Shown here piece by piece: positions 54,101 to 63,097 of a DNA stretch of 64,000 nt (position 1 is the first letter of the stretch; every line of letters starts with the position of its first letter). The DNA comes from a virus. Lineage: Duplodnaviria > Caudoviricetes. The notes beneath the pieces were generated by a model. The model worked only from the letters and a program-made list of their open reading frames with translations. It was not told where the DNA came from and did no database searches. The position numbers and the translations under genes were made by a program. Location: the IMG/VR virus record IMGVR_UViG_3300031867_000006, positions 101,770 to 165,769 of that record; one strand, given 5' to 3'.

Positions 54101-54126
54101 CCCAGAGTGCACAATGGCACTCTGGG
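54101..54126 (-). terminator. Hairpin terminator between the portal gene and array 1
   Basis: CCCAGAGTGC-acaatg-GCACTCTGGG. Confidence 0.75.
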
Positions 54127-54157
54127 AATGATAAAGTAAGGTATATGAAAAAAGCAT

Positions 54158-56560
54158 TTAGCCTTCGGCTTCACCCATATTCTCAGGATTTGAGATATAG
54201 TCTTTAATAGATTCTTGTTTAGCTTTGTTGTAAAGTTTCTCAAGTACATCTTTACGGACATATGAACCTAAACAATACATCTTATAATCCTTAAGGAACT
54301 TTGCTTTAACTCCTTCATCAGGTTCATCAGCAAGCCAGATATTAGCAACATTCTCGCAATAATCATTAGTGTTTACAATAAGCTGATTGGTATTGGTTAC
54401 ATTAATGAATAGAGGCGGAGGTAGCTGCATAACAATTCTCTCAATAGAGTTGAACTCTACATCATACAGCTTAGTTAAGAAAGGATTAAACATGTATTCT
54501 GTATCAGCCTGCAGATCGTATATCATCCTAAGGAACTTGCTGTTGGACATAGTTAATTGCATAGCATAATCAGGAGATTGTCTAGATACAATTATTTCCA
54601 AAGGCACACCTGTAGGATTGATAGCTGATTCTTCTAATAGACTAAGAAGTTCTGTTTTAATCTCTACCTGCTGACCTTGCATGATTTCAAACTCTACTGG
54701 AGATTGTCCGTCCGGTCCTCTTGGAATGATATAATCATTGAATCTACCAGTAATATTAAGTATTGAGTTAATATTCTCAACCTGGCGAATATTGAAGTTT
54801 GACTTCTTAATTTCGCTTATGGTCTTAAGCAATGTCTTACTAATATTAGTATCAACACTCTGCCTTACATAGTAAACTCTCTTATCGTTACCTCTAGTCA
54901 TTACAGCGAGGCAATTCGTTATATAGATAGCCACCCAAAGCTTTGCAGGAATAAGACTAAGCTCAAGAGCAGACCTTCCGCGACCAGTCTTCTCATCAAG
55001 ATCAAGATAGAGATGAGTAATGTCCTCCGGGGGAATATAGCTAACTCTGATTGTTTTATGCTGCTCAAGCCCATGAAGAAAATCATCATTATATTTAAGA
55101 ATATAATAAATCTCCTTCTTAAGGTCCTGGTTAGCATTGATAAATGAAGCATCAATCTTATCAGCAAGATTAGATGCTATTGATCTAAGCAACTGCTCCT
55201 GGCGAGTCCATAAATCAGCATCCTTCTGTCCCGGTGACATAATACCATTAACAGAGTTAACTAAACCAGTAGTGGTGTAAGTCTCATCCCATAAATAATC
55301 AGATTCATCATAATCAAAATAATAATAACCAAGACAAACCTTATTCTCCAATATTATAGGACGTACTCGTTCTCGGTCTAATTTACGTACTATACACCCA
55401 TTGATCTCTTTTATGCGTTTAGATTGAATATGGTGATTACTGGTACGCTCAGCGTTCCCATCGATGTCGTCTGGAAGCTCTAAATCATCGTCAATCGTAT
55501 GATCAAAATTATGATGTGTAGGCAATTTAGTATGTTTAGGCTCCATATCGAATGTATTCTTAGATAATTCTACGCCTGAACCAGCTATAGTACTATCATA
55601 TTCATAAATAGCCTGTTCATGCATTAGAGTATTCTCATACATAAACTGCTCGGTAAGAGATGTACCAGCAACTTTGCTATAAGCATCAGTAATACTCTTT
55701 TCTTCAGATACTATAGAAGATATAATACCATTCTCGAGCTCTACATTAAGATCACCAAATTCTATATTTGCTTTGCTGAGCTTATTAATATCGTCCTCTG
55801 AAGCAATAGTTTCTATACCGCTAGCAGACTCCATAATTACAGGCGAATTCTTATTGGTTCTAGAGATCTTAAGACTTCCCATATTGGCTTTATTATCCAT
55901 CAATCTCTGGATAGCCTTGGTATATGGTACATTGTAAATAAAGACCTCACCATATTTAAGGATCTCCTTAAACCATTTCTTAATATCTTTGCTTAATCCA
56001 TATTTAGTCTTAAGCGTTTCAATATTGCGATCAAACTGAGCCTTATTTTCATCTGATATACCGATTACAGACTCAAAGTTTAAGAAGTCCTTAGAGAACG
56101 AATCTGCAGATAATACATTATCCACGATTGTTTCAAGAGCCTCATCTAGCTTAGTCATGTATTTAAGGACTTGGTCAATCTCATCATCATACATCTTTAT
56201 CCATCTATTATCAAGATATGTAGATGTAAGATTATTCATAAATTCAGAATCTGAGAATATACTCTCAAATTCTCTATTTATAGCCTCATCGCCATTTTTA
56301 CTTAATAAGATCCTCTCATATAACTTGCTAATGTTAGGCTCACCAATAGAATCTTTGCTATTGCTTATAATAGCATTAATTGAATTGGTTATATCAGTCC
56401 TTATATGCTGAAGCTGCTGCTTATTCTCAGGACTAGTAAAATAAGTAGATCTATATAATCTATCAAGGGTATTTTGGGATCTTGCAGCAATCCGCTGGTT
56501 CCTAGGCAAACTCTTAGTTTGCTCATTATCTAACCCTTGATCCTTATCATTATCTGGCAT
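54158..56560 (-). CDS. Portal protein (T4 gp20-like)
   Basis: MTRGNDKRVYYV...DYIIPRGPDG..PVEFEIMQG resembles gp20 ITRAPERRIFYI...DYWLPRRDG; late motif upstream. Confidence 0.8.
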   Translation of the reverse strand: MPDNDKDQGLDNEQTKSLPRNQRIAARSQNTLDRLYRSTYFTSPENKQQLQHIRTDITNSINAIISNSKDSIGEPNISKLYERILLSKNGDEAINREFESIFSDSEFMNNLTSTYLDNRWIKMYDDEIDQVLKYMTKLDEALETIVDNVLSADSFSKDFLNFESVIGISDENKAQFDRNIETLKTKYGLSKDIKKWFKEILKYGEVFIYNVPYTKAIQRLMDNKANMGSLKISRTNKNSPVIMESASGIETIASEDDINKLSKANIEFGDLNVELENGIISSIVSEEKSITDAYSKVAGTSLTEQFMYENTLMHEQAIYEYDSTIAGSGVELSKNTFDMEPKHTKLPTHHNFDHTIDDDLELPDDIDGNAERTSNHHIQSKRIKEINGCIVRKLDRERVRPIILENKVCLGYYYFDYDESDYLWDETYTTTGLVNSVNGIMSPGQKDADLWTRQEQLLRSIASNLADKIDASFINANQDLKKEIYYILKYNDDFLHGLEQHKTIRVSYIPPEDITHLYLDLDEKTGRGRSALELSLIPAKLWVAIYITNCLAVMTRGNDKRVYYVRQSVDTNISKTLLKTISEIKKSNFNIRQVENINSILNITGRFNDYIIPRGPDGQSPVEFEIMQGQQVEIKTELLSLLEESAINPTGVPLEIIVSRQSPDYAMQLTMSNSKFLRMIYDLQADTEYMFNPFLTKLYDVEFNSIERIVMQLPPPLFINVTNTNQLIVNTNDYCENVANIWLADEPDEGVKAKFLKDYKMYCLGSYVRKDVLEKLYNKAKQESIKDYISNPENMGEAEG

Positions 56561-56628
56561 AATGGGATACTCCTTTCATTGAGATATTAATACGCAAGGT
56601 ATTAATCAAATGTTTTCAGAAGGAATAA

Positions 56629-56979
56629 TTACTCCATTGTATATGCAGCAAAATAGCTGGAAAGATCCTTATTATGCTCATTTATAATCTTCTTAGCAAC
56701 ATCTTTAGGTACTTCTTTCATAACTTTGAACTGGTCATCATTAAAGTGCCATATTCTCATATTTGCTGGTGTATCAAGATGTGAGCCTAAAAAGCTAAAC
56801 TGCTGTACATATATAAATTCACTTAGATCCTCATCCTTACCAAAGCTAGGGTTCTTACATTTAAATACGTAAGCACCGCTGGGCAATTCATAAACTTTAT
56901 TTACTTTCATATATCCTCCATTTCCGCTAGCTTGCATACCATTCATATTGTTTGCAATGAGTGTTTTCATTAGATGCAT
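56629..56979 (-). CDS. Hypothetical protein
   Basis: True start likely MKVNKVY after GGAGG (~56910). Confidence 0.6.
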   Translation of the reverse strand: MHLMKTLIANNMNGMQASGNGGYMKVNKVYELPSGAYVFKCKNPSFGKDEDLSEFIYVQQFSFLGSHLDTPANMRIWHFNDDQFKVMKEVPKDVAKKIINEHNKDLSSYFAAYTME

Positions 56980-57048
56980 ATGTATTGGAGCCGAATATTT
57001 ATATATAAATAGGGTTACAAAAAATAATAGCGGAAGTATAAACCTCCG

Positions 57049-57684
57049 CTATAATTTAAGATATGATATATAAATATATACGTTAAGCTTTTTCTTTATT
57101 CTAAATCTAACCTGATATGTAGGCCCATTATTATCTATTACAGATATAAATAGCTTATCAGTCTTATTTAAAGCGAATAGATTATAGAATAGGGTCATAA
57201 AATAACGACCTCTATGGACGTAATACATTGGCCCGCTACTCTTGCGCAATCCATAAAGATCCTTAAGCTCTTCAGTAACGTCTTCTTCTTTGAGATCCCA
57301 TTCTGATTCTACTCTATTATCTATTGCAGCCAGCTCATTTAATCTACCTAATATAAAATTGGTAATAGTATTATTTTTTCTGACTGTACAGATATTGTCT
57401 TTGGCTACAGACTTTAGAGTATTCTCATATCTAGATTCATCAATCTCAAATTCAGACTCTATACTAAGCTTGCTAATGAAAGAGCTCAGCTCTCTTGTAC
57501 CAAAGATTAATCCCACACCTAACGGTATTCCGCTTAGTCTATCAGGATTAATCTTAACTCTACAAGAATAAACCTTATAGTTATCCAATCCGATTACGTT
57601 ATTATTAATAAACATGAAGCTTTGGTTCTTAATATATTTCCCAGCCTCATTAATAACAACCAGATCGCTTAATGTTAAGACCAT
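57049..57684 (-). CDS. Hypothetical protein coupled to the DNA polymerase N-terminal subunit
   Basis: Overlaps the polymerase stop; GGAGGTG RBS. Confidence 0.7.
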   Translation of the reverse strand: MVLTLSDLVVINEAGKYIKNQSFMFINNNVIGLDNYKVYSCRVKINPDRLSGIPLGVGLIFGTRELSSFISKLSIESEFEIDESRYENTLKSVAKDNICTVRKNNTITNFILGRLNELAAIDNRVESEWDLKEEDVTEELKDLYGLRKSSGPMYYVHRGRYFMTLFYNLFALNKTDKLFISVIDNNGPTYQVRFRIKKKLNVYIYISYLKL

Positions 57685-59597
57685 GACATCACCTCCGTGG
57701 AAGGCATCTTGTCGACTTTAACACACATATTTCTCTTCTTAGTATTATCTACTATATGGCACATTGTTCTTTTCTGCTTATTATTAATATTAATACACAT
57801 AATCTTCTTACCATTACGATTAGAATAATACAATCCCTTCATAGGATTTTTAATCTTCGTAAAGTAGTCTATTATGCTATTATACATCTCCTCATATGTC
57901 GGTAAATTAAGATATCTATTACAGAAATCCAATCTATTATGAGATACGAGATCCTCAATAAACCATACAGATCTATTGAAATATGGATTATTAAATCTAT
58001 CTTCTTTACTATCCAACTTGTTAGGCAGCAATATCTTACCCAATTGGGTTGCCGGCGACATATTTGATTCATCGATGATATTTGGATACAACGCGCGATA
58101 ATCGAAGTCATCTAAATTATCCAAAATGTTAATAGGTCTGCCGTTCAGCTTACGCTTTGGCTTGGCTGAGACAAAAATTGGGTTCGCTACGTAGGCGCCG
58201 GCGAACCCAACTTTTCCATTGTTCTTATTTATATTATTGCCCATCACATAGCCTTGCGGTTGCATTTCCCAAAAGTCTTTAATTCCACGATTAACAAGAT
58301 ACGTTGTCTGTCTATGAACTTTAGCGAATCTTGTGTTAGTAGCTAATGCTTTACTAAATAAGAAGCTAAGATCTCCAACCTTCTTATCTATACATAACTG
58401 CACGATAGTATCACAAACATTATAAAATGCAAACGTTTTATATGATAATCTTGGTAATTTAGCAATATCATCAGTTATATGACTATAATCAAGCTTTCTA
58501 ACACCAGCCACCACATCGCCTATAAAATCTAATTTGAATGATGTAATTCCACCCTTCTTTTGACCTTTCCTGCGTGACGCAAATAATATAAGCTGATCTA
58601 TATACACAGTATATGAACTAACCTGTCCATAATCTCCACGTTCTTCAAACTTCTGTGCTCTTTTGTCAATATAATACCAACATTCTTGAGTGCGGAAGTC
58701 TGGATGACAGATTATTTCACATGGATCGTAACCTAAGATTTTAATACGTTCTATTAGGTATGGAAGGTCGAATGCGATATTCCATGCTACTGCAAATTCA
58801 GGTTTAATAGTATTAATAACTTTAAATAGATCTGTTATTAATTTAATCTCATCTTCATATAGCATTATAGAATATTCATATTGATCTAAACCATATTCTA
58901 ATTCCTTCTTCCATCCACCGACATTTTCTCTAACAAATGCTTTCAATTCATCTGTTATTCCAGGTGTCTCTATAAATGGATGTATCTGGAAATTATCCTC
59001 ATCATCTAATAGAAGTACATATACTTTTTTATTCTTAGTATCTATTAGAGTTACTGCGTTGACTGGACATTCTCCAGGTTCCGGGAATGTACCTCGCATA
59101 TTAACGATATCAGCCTCGATATCGAAGAAGACTACATCTGGTTCATATGGTTCATTTCTATATAATCTATCGAACTCCATTCTATAATAATCTTCTATAT
59201 GCATATCTGCATTAAATATGGTTGGTATTGTAAAGAGTTTATCATTCTCTTTATAATTACCACTCTTTAGATTATCAAAGAAGAAGTTTAGATTATCTGT
59301 TTTAGCAGCTATATCCTTCTTTAAGTCTCTATATTTACACTCCACAGGATGAACTTTCTCTTTCTCTATACATAACTGTGGAGTCGGCACTCTAACATTC
59401 GCATTAGCCATATAATAAGTATAATTCGGTGAGACTATATGCTGAACTTTCTTTTGCCCAGTATCCAAATCTTTAAATACTATATCTATAGAATCATTAG
59501 TCCAACCGCCCTCACCATCTCTCTGGCTTTTATGATAAATTGCGTTTATTATTGTTATATTTGCTCCAGGTTCATAACCTTTAATTCTGAAAGGCAT
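57675..59597 (-). CDS. Family B DNA polymerase, N-terminal subunit (3'-5' exonuclease plus motif A)
   Basis: FDIEAD (ExoI), WNIAFDLPYL (ExoII), YNVCD (ExoIII), DFDYRALYP (motif A). Confidence 0.9.
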   Translation of the reverse strand: MPFRIKGYEPGANITIINAIYHKSQRDGEGGWTNDSIDIVFKDLDTGQKKVQHIVSPNYTYYMANANVRVPTPQLCIEKEKVHPVECKYRDLKKDIAAKTDNLNFFFDNLKSGNYKENDKLFTIPTIFNADMHIEDYYRMEFDRLYRNEPYEPDVVFFDIEADIVNMRGTFPEPGECPVNAVTLIDTKNKKVYVLLLDDEDNFQIHPFIETPGITDELKAFVRENVGGWKKELEYGLDQYEYSIMLYEDEIKLITDLFKVINTIKPEFAVAWNIAFDLPYLIERIKILGYDPCEIICHPDFRTQECWYYIDKRAQKFEERGDYGQVSSYTVYIDQLILFASRRKGQKKGGITSFKLDFIGDVVAGVRKLDYSHITDDIAKLPRLSYKTFAFYNVCDTIVQLCIDKKVGDLSFLFSKALATNTRFAKVHRQTTYLVNRGIKDFWEMQPQGYVMGNNINKNNGKVGFAGAYVANPIFVSAKPKRKLNGRPINILDNLDDFDYRALYPNIIDESNMSPATQLGKILLPNKLDSKEDRFNNPYFNRSVWFIEDLVSHNRLDFCNRYLNLPTYEEMYNSIIDYFTKIKNPMKGLYYSNRNGKKIMCININNKQKRTMCHIVDNTKKRNMCVKVDKMPSTEVMSWS

Positions 59598-59701
59598 ATT
59601 AGTTAATCACCTCCATTTATGTATGCTGACAAATAAATTTGATATTTTATTAATATCATGTATTCATCAATTTTATAATATACAATTATACAGCTTATTA
59701 T

Positions 59702-60611
59702 TACGCCGGAATAATGCATTATACCATTGCTAGGACCAGAATAACTAGGGTTGCCAGAAATACCAGACATAAAACAGAAGTTTGACCAATTATAACCTGG
59801 TTTAACAGCTGATCTGTTCCACCAATAATCCATCGCCGTATAATTGATCATTAGGCCAATACGCAATACGCTCAGCAGGTTGAGCATTTGGTTCACATGA
59901 TACAAATGAGGAATTATATCTATATACATTAAAAGGGCTTGATAGATATTGAGCGCTCATGTCGCCACTTAGTGTCCACCAAGTCATCGCCGCCAGTAGT
60001 ATTAGTACTAGCACTATTACCAGGATGATCAGTATTAGTTGGATTTAAAGAATGCCAATTTTGTAAATTCTGCCATTGCATAGAATGTGATTGTATTGCA
60101 GTTCTAGTCCAACACCACATCGCCGTAATTTAATGGTTGATCAGAATAATCAGTTGTCCAATATGAATTAAAAGCAGTACCATACCAAAGAACATCACCA
60201 TTTTTATCAACAACAACTGCAGCCCTAAGATGCAAATTAGCCCTAGTATCTTGGCTATTCATTGATCTTGACCACCAAATCATCGCCGAATTTAGTATAA
60301 TCATAATATTTATTCATATACATATTAAGAGCATTACCATTGGTCTCGATTAATAATCCAACATCAGTTATTTTCCAACCACTAGATGCTTGAGCACTAG
60401 ATAAATTTTTTGGAATACTTCTTAACCACCAATACATCGCCGATATCAAATGTATATCCAGCATCACCAGCCCAAAGACCATAAACATTAATTCCATTTA
60501 TCTGTCTAATATTACAATATACAACAAAAGCGCCAGTTTTCTTATTCAGATCACCAGTTGTTTCCGCATTTACATATACGGCTGTTCTTAACCACCAATA
60601 ATCCATCGCCG
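59702..60611 (-). repeat. Cassette array 2: six CGGCG(ATG)-delimited coding cassettes
   Basis: CATCGCCG on + at 59831, 59985, 60118, 60281, 60435 and 60604, terminal TACGCCG at 59702; unit lengths 169, 154, 163, 133, 154, 130. Confidence 0.92.
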
Positions 60612-60662
60612 AATCTAATAAAGCCGTAATAATTAAACAAATAAATAATCTTATTTGCCAGG

Positions 60663-61652
60663 ATGCAAATTAATTTATTTATTAAGGAGGATAATATAAT
60701 GGCTAAGAAGACCACAGATGTTGGATTCAACATCAAGCATTTTGTTAAGGGTTCTGAAGAAGAGAAAGATATGCATGTTCATGATTCCGGAGAGGTTAAA
60801 GCGTTGCCAGCGACCACTGGTAATAACAAGATTCAGGTCTCCGGCAATAAGAAAAATTCTACCAAGGCTTCTTCTAACACACCGATTCCTGTACAGACAT
60901 CCATGTCTTACATCCAGGAAAACATTCCGTATGCTAATGCATATATTGATACCAATCAGCAGCTCGATGCGGCTATTCAGCAGTTGGATATGCTCGGCGC
61001 TGAAGTTATGGGTCAGCTTCAGACTGTTCGTGAGAATAAGACTCTAAGAAATAAGTATAATATCATTAACGATATGACTATGAATGCTACCTCAGTAATC
61101 AATGCTAAGATTGCTGCTATTAGAGAGAAGAATAAGACCATTAATGATGTTAACCATCTCGAGCTTAGCAGAATGAAAGAACTCAAATTCAAAGGCGATG
61201 AGGCTGATGATAATGCAAAGATTGCTCAGATGTATGATGCGTTTATTAATACGCCTGTCGGCGGAGGAATTCAGGCTTTCGGTGCTCCTACTCCTATGGA
61301 AATGGCTATTCCTGGAACAAATACTGGTTTAAATCATGTTGCCATTGGTGGAAGTCAGGAGAATTGGGAAGCTGGTTTAAACCCTTCTCAAAATAGAATG
61401 CTCTATGAAGCTAAGGGTCTTATAGATACAGTAGTATTCTACGATTCTGCTACCGGTAATCGTTGGTTTGAAGTTGTAGATAAGCAGACCGGTCAGCCCA
61501 TGCAGGGTATAGAGAAACCTAGCAATGCTAATATCTATGATTTAGATATTAATATTAGAGGTGGATTCGCTAAGGATTCCAATAGAAACATTTCTTATCC
61601 TCTGGTTGTTATTAATGGGCAGCCTGCGGATGCTATTATTACGCAGTATTAA
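60663..61652 (+). CDS. Hypothetical protein
   Basis: True start likely MAKKTT (~60699) after AAGGAGG; coiled-coil middle region. Confidence 0.75.
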   Translation: MQINLFIKEDNIMAKKTTDVGFNIKHFVKGSEEEKDMHVHDSGEVKALPATTGNNKIQVSGNKKNSTKASSNTPIPVQTSMSYIQENIPYANAYIDTNQQLDAAIQQLDMLGAEVMGQLQTVRENKTLRNKYNIINDMTMNATSVINAKIAAIREKNKTINDVNHLELSRMKELKFKGDEADDNAKIAQMYDAFINTPVGGGIQAFGAPTPMEMAIPGTNTGLNHVAIGGSQENWEAGLNPSQNRMLYEAKGLIDTVVFYDSATGNRWFEVVDKQTGQPMQGIEKPSNANIYDLDINIRGGFAKDSNRNISYPLVVINGQPADAIITQY

Positions 61653-61688
61653 AAAATAATTCCCTAGGCACTAAGCCTAGGGAGTTTA

Positions 61689-62015
61689 TTATTCTTTTTC
61701 AGCTATTTTCTCAAGTGTCTCAGCAAGCTTAGCAGCATCTGGATCTTCAACATATTCTATATCTGCGCCATCCCAGTCACCTTCAACGTCCTCATATTCA
61801 CCATCTGTAGATATCTCTACAAACTCTTCATTGAATACATTGAGAGATTCTACTTCATCATAATTAAAAGATTCCGAGCAAACCTTCTCGCCTCTAATGT
61901 ATGATATCTCAAGCTCAGGCTTTTCATTCTCATCATTAAGCCCAACCAGATCAAAAGTAATTATATCTTCTACAACTCTATCAGGCTTACCCTTTCTAGA
62001 TATAAGTAAAGTCAT
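61689..62015 (-). CDS. Small acidic protein
   Basis: AGGAGG RBS; D/E rich. Confidence 0.7.
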   Translation of the reverse strand: MTLLISRKGKPDRVVEDIITFDLVGLNDENEKPELEISYIRGEKVCSESFNYDEVESLNVFNEEFVEISTDGEYEDVEGDWDGADIEYVEDPDAAKLAETLEKIAEKE

Positions 62016-62086
62016 TTATTATCCTCCTAAAACAAAAAATAATCTAGGGGCCATGCCAGACCCCCAGATTACTATGTATACTAACA

Positions 62087-63097
62087 TCACACACTCTTCT
62101 TGCTATTATAGATACACTTGAAGACAGCTTCAAGAATATCTGTAGTAAGCAGAGCCCCGGCAGCCTGCGGATGGCCACCGCCTCCATAAAGAGGTGCGAT
62201 GCTTGCACCTAAATCGAGATCGAGTCTCTGAGATCTGAACTCAAGTTTCTTATATACAGTATTAACCGCAATAATATAATCAATCTCAGGTTTCTCAGTC
62301 AGAATACGATCACATACAATCGAAGTCGCACGATTAGAGAAACACATACCCACATGATAGCCAGATACTTCATCCTCAAAGTCCATGAATGTTCTCATAG
62401 CATCTTCGTAAGCACGATTCTCTGCTTCTTCATTCTCTTCAATAAACTGCTGATGCTTAGCAGTAAATGAAGTGAAATCAGAATCTTTAGCAATGTATTC
62501 ACTGCTCATCTCTTCGATGAACTCCAGCCTATCCATTCTGGTAAAGATCATCTGGAGCTTTCTGGCTGTACCACCAAGCGGATTAGTCTTCCACTCCCAG
62601 ATATCATACATACGTACCAGATCGACAAACTTCTCAAGACTCTCATTATGCTCGAATCCTTCAGCCTGCTTCTTAGCCCATTCAGGAATCGCATAAGCAA
62701 TACCTTCAGCAAAGAAGTTTCTGCAATTGAAATAATCAAATACAAGAGATGTGCCAGAAGTCTTTCTACCATCCGGATATTCCGTATAGGCCTTAGACCA
62801 GGTATAACCATTTAATCGTATAACCGCACTATTATGATGGTCTAACATTACAAGATCGATATTATTAGCAGCCAGCCAATGCTCGATCTTCTCAGCAGTC
62901 TCATCATCCGGCGAAATATCAGAGATAATTACTTTATCTTCTTCGTGCCAGCGATCACTCTGCATAAACTCATTAAGTTCCTTGTTTACATTATCGTAGT
63001 CGCAGAATACAACACTTAAGTCAGTCCCTAAGTAAGCTCTTGCTACAATAGCACAGCCCAACCCATCAAGGTCAGTGTGTGTAAATAAATGGATCAT
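62087..63097 (-). CDS. DHH/DHHA1 phosphoesterase
   Basis: HTDLDG, SD, LDHH and GGGGHPQAAG motifs. Confidence 0.92.
   Translation of the reverse strand: MIHLFTHTDLDGLGCAIVARAYLGTDLSVVFCDYDNVNKELNEFMQSDRWHEEDKVIISDISPDDETAEKIEHWLAANNIDLVMLDHHNSAVIRLNGYTWSKAYTEYPDGRKTSGTSLVFDYFNCRNFFAEGIAYAIPEWAKKQAEGFEHNESLEKFVDLVRMYDIWEWKTNPLGGTARKLQMIFTRMDRLEFIEEMSSEYIAKDSDFTSFTAKHQQFIEENEEAENRAYEDAMRTFMDFEDEVSGYHVGMCFSNRATSIVCDRILTEKPEIDYIIAVNTVYKKLEFRSQRLDLDLGASIAPLYGGGGHPQAAGALLTTDILEAVFKCIYNSKKSV

Noticed and set aside
53147-54261. ORF-track calls across array 1 (and 59603-60736 across array 2) as ordinary genes
   Set aside because: They are chimeras of an out-of-frame upstream unit and one in-frame cassette; only the part from the repeat ATG carries the motif
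53168-60611. CRISPR array interpretation of the CATCGCCG repeats
   Set aside because: The repeat is only 5-8 nt, units are 130-169 nt and share coding motifs and frame, and no cas genes are in the window
53168-60611. Classical DGR template/variable repeat pair or shufflon
   Set aside because: No near-identical pair differing at adenines, no reverse transcriptase or invertase seen, and all repeats are in direct orientation; an RT elsewhere in the genome cannot be excluded
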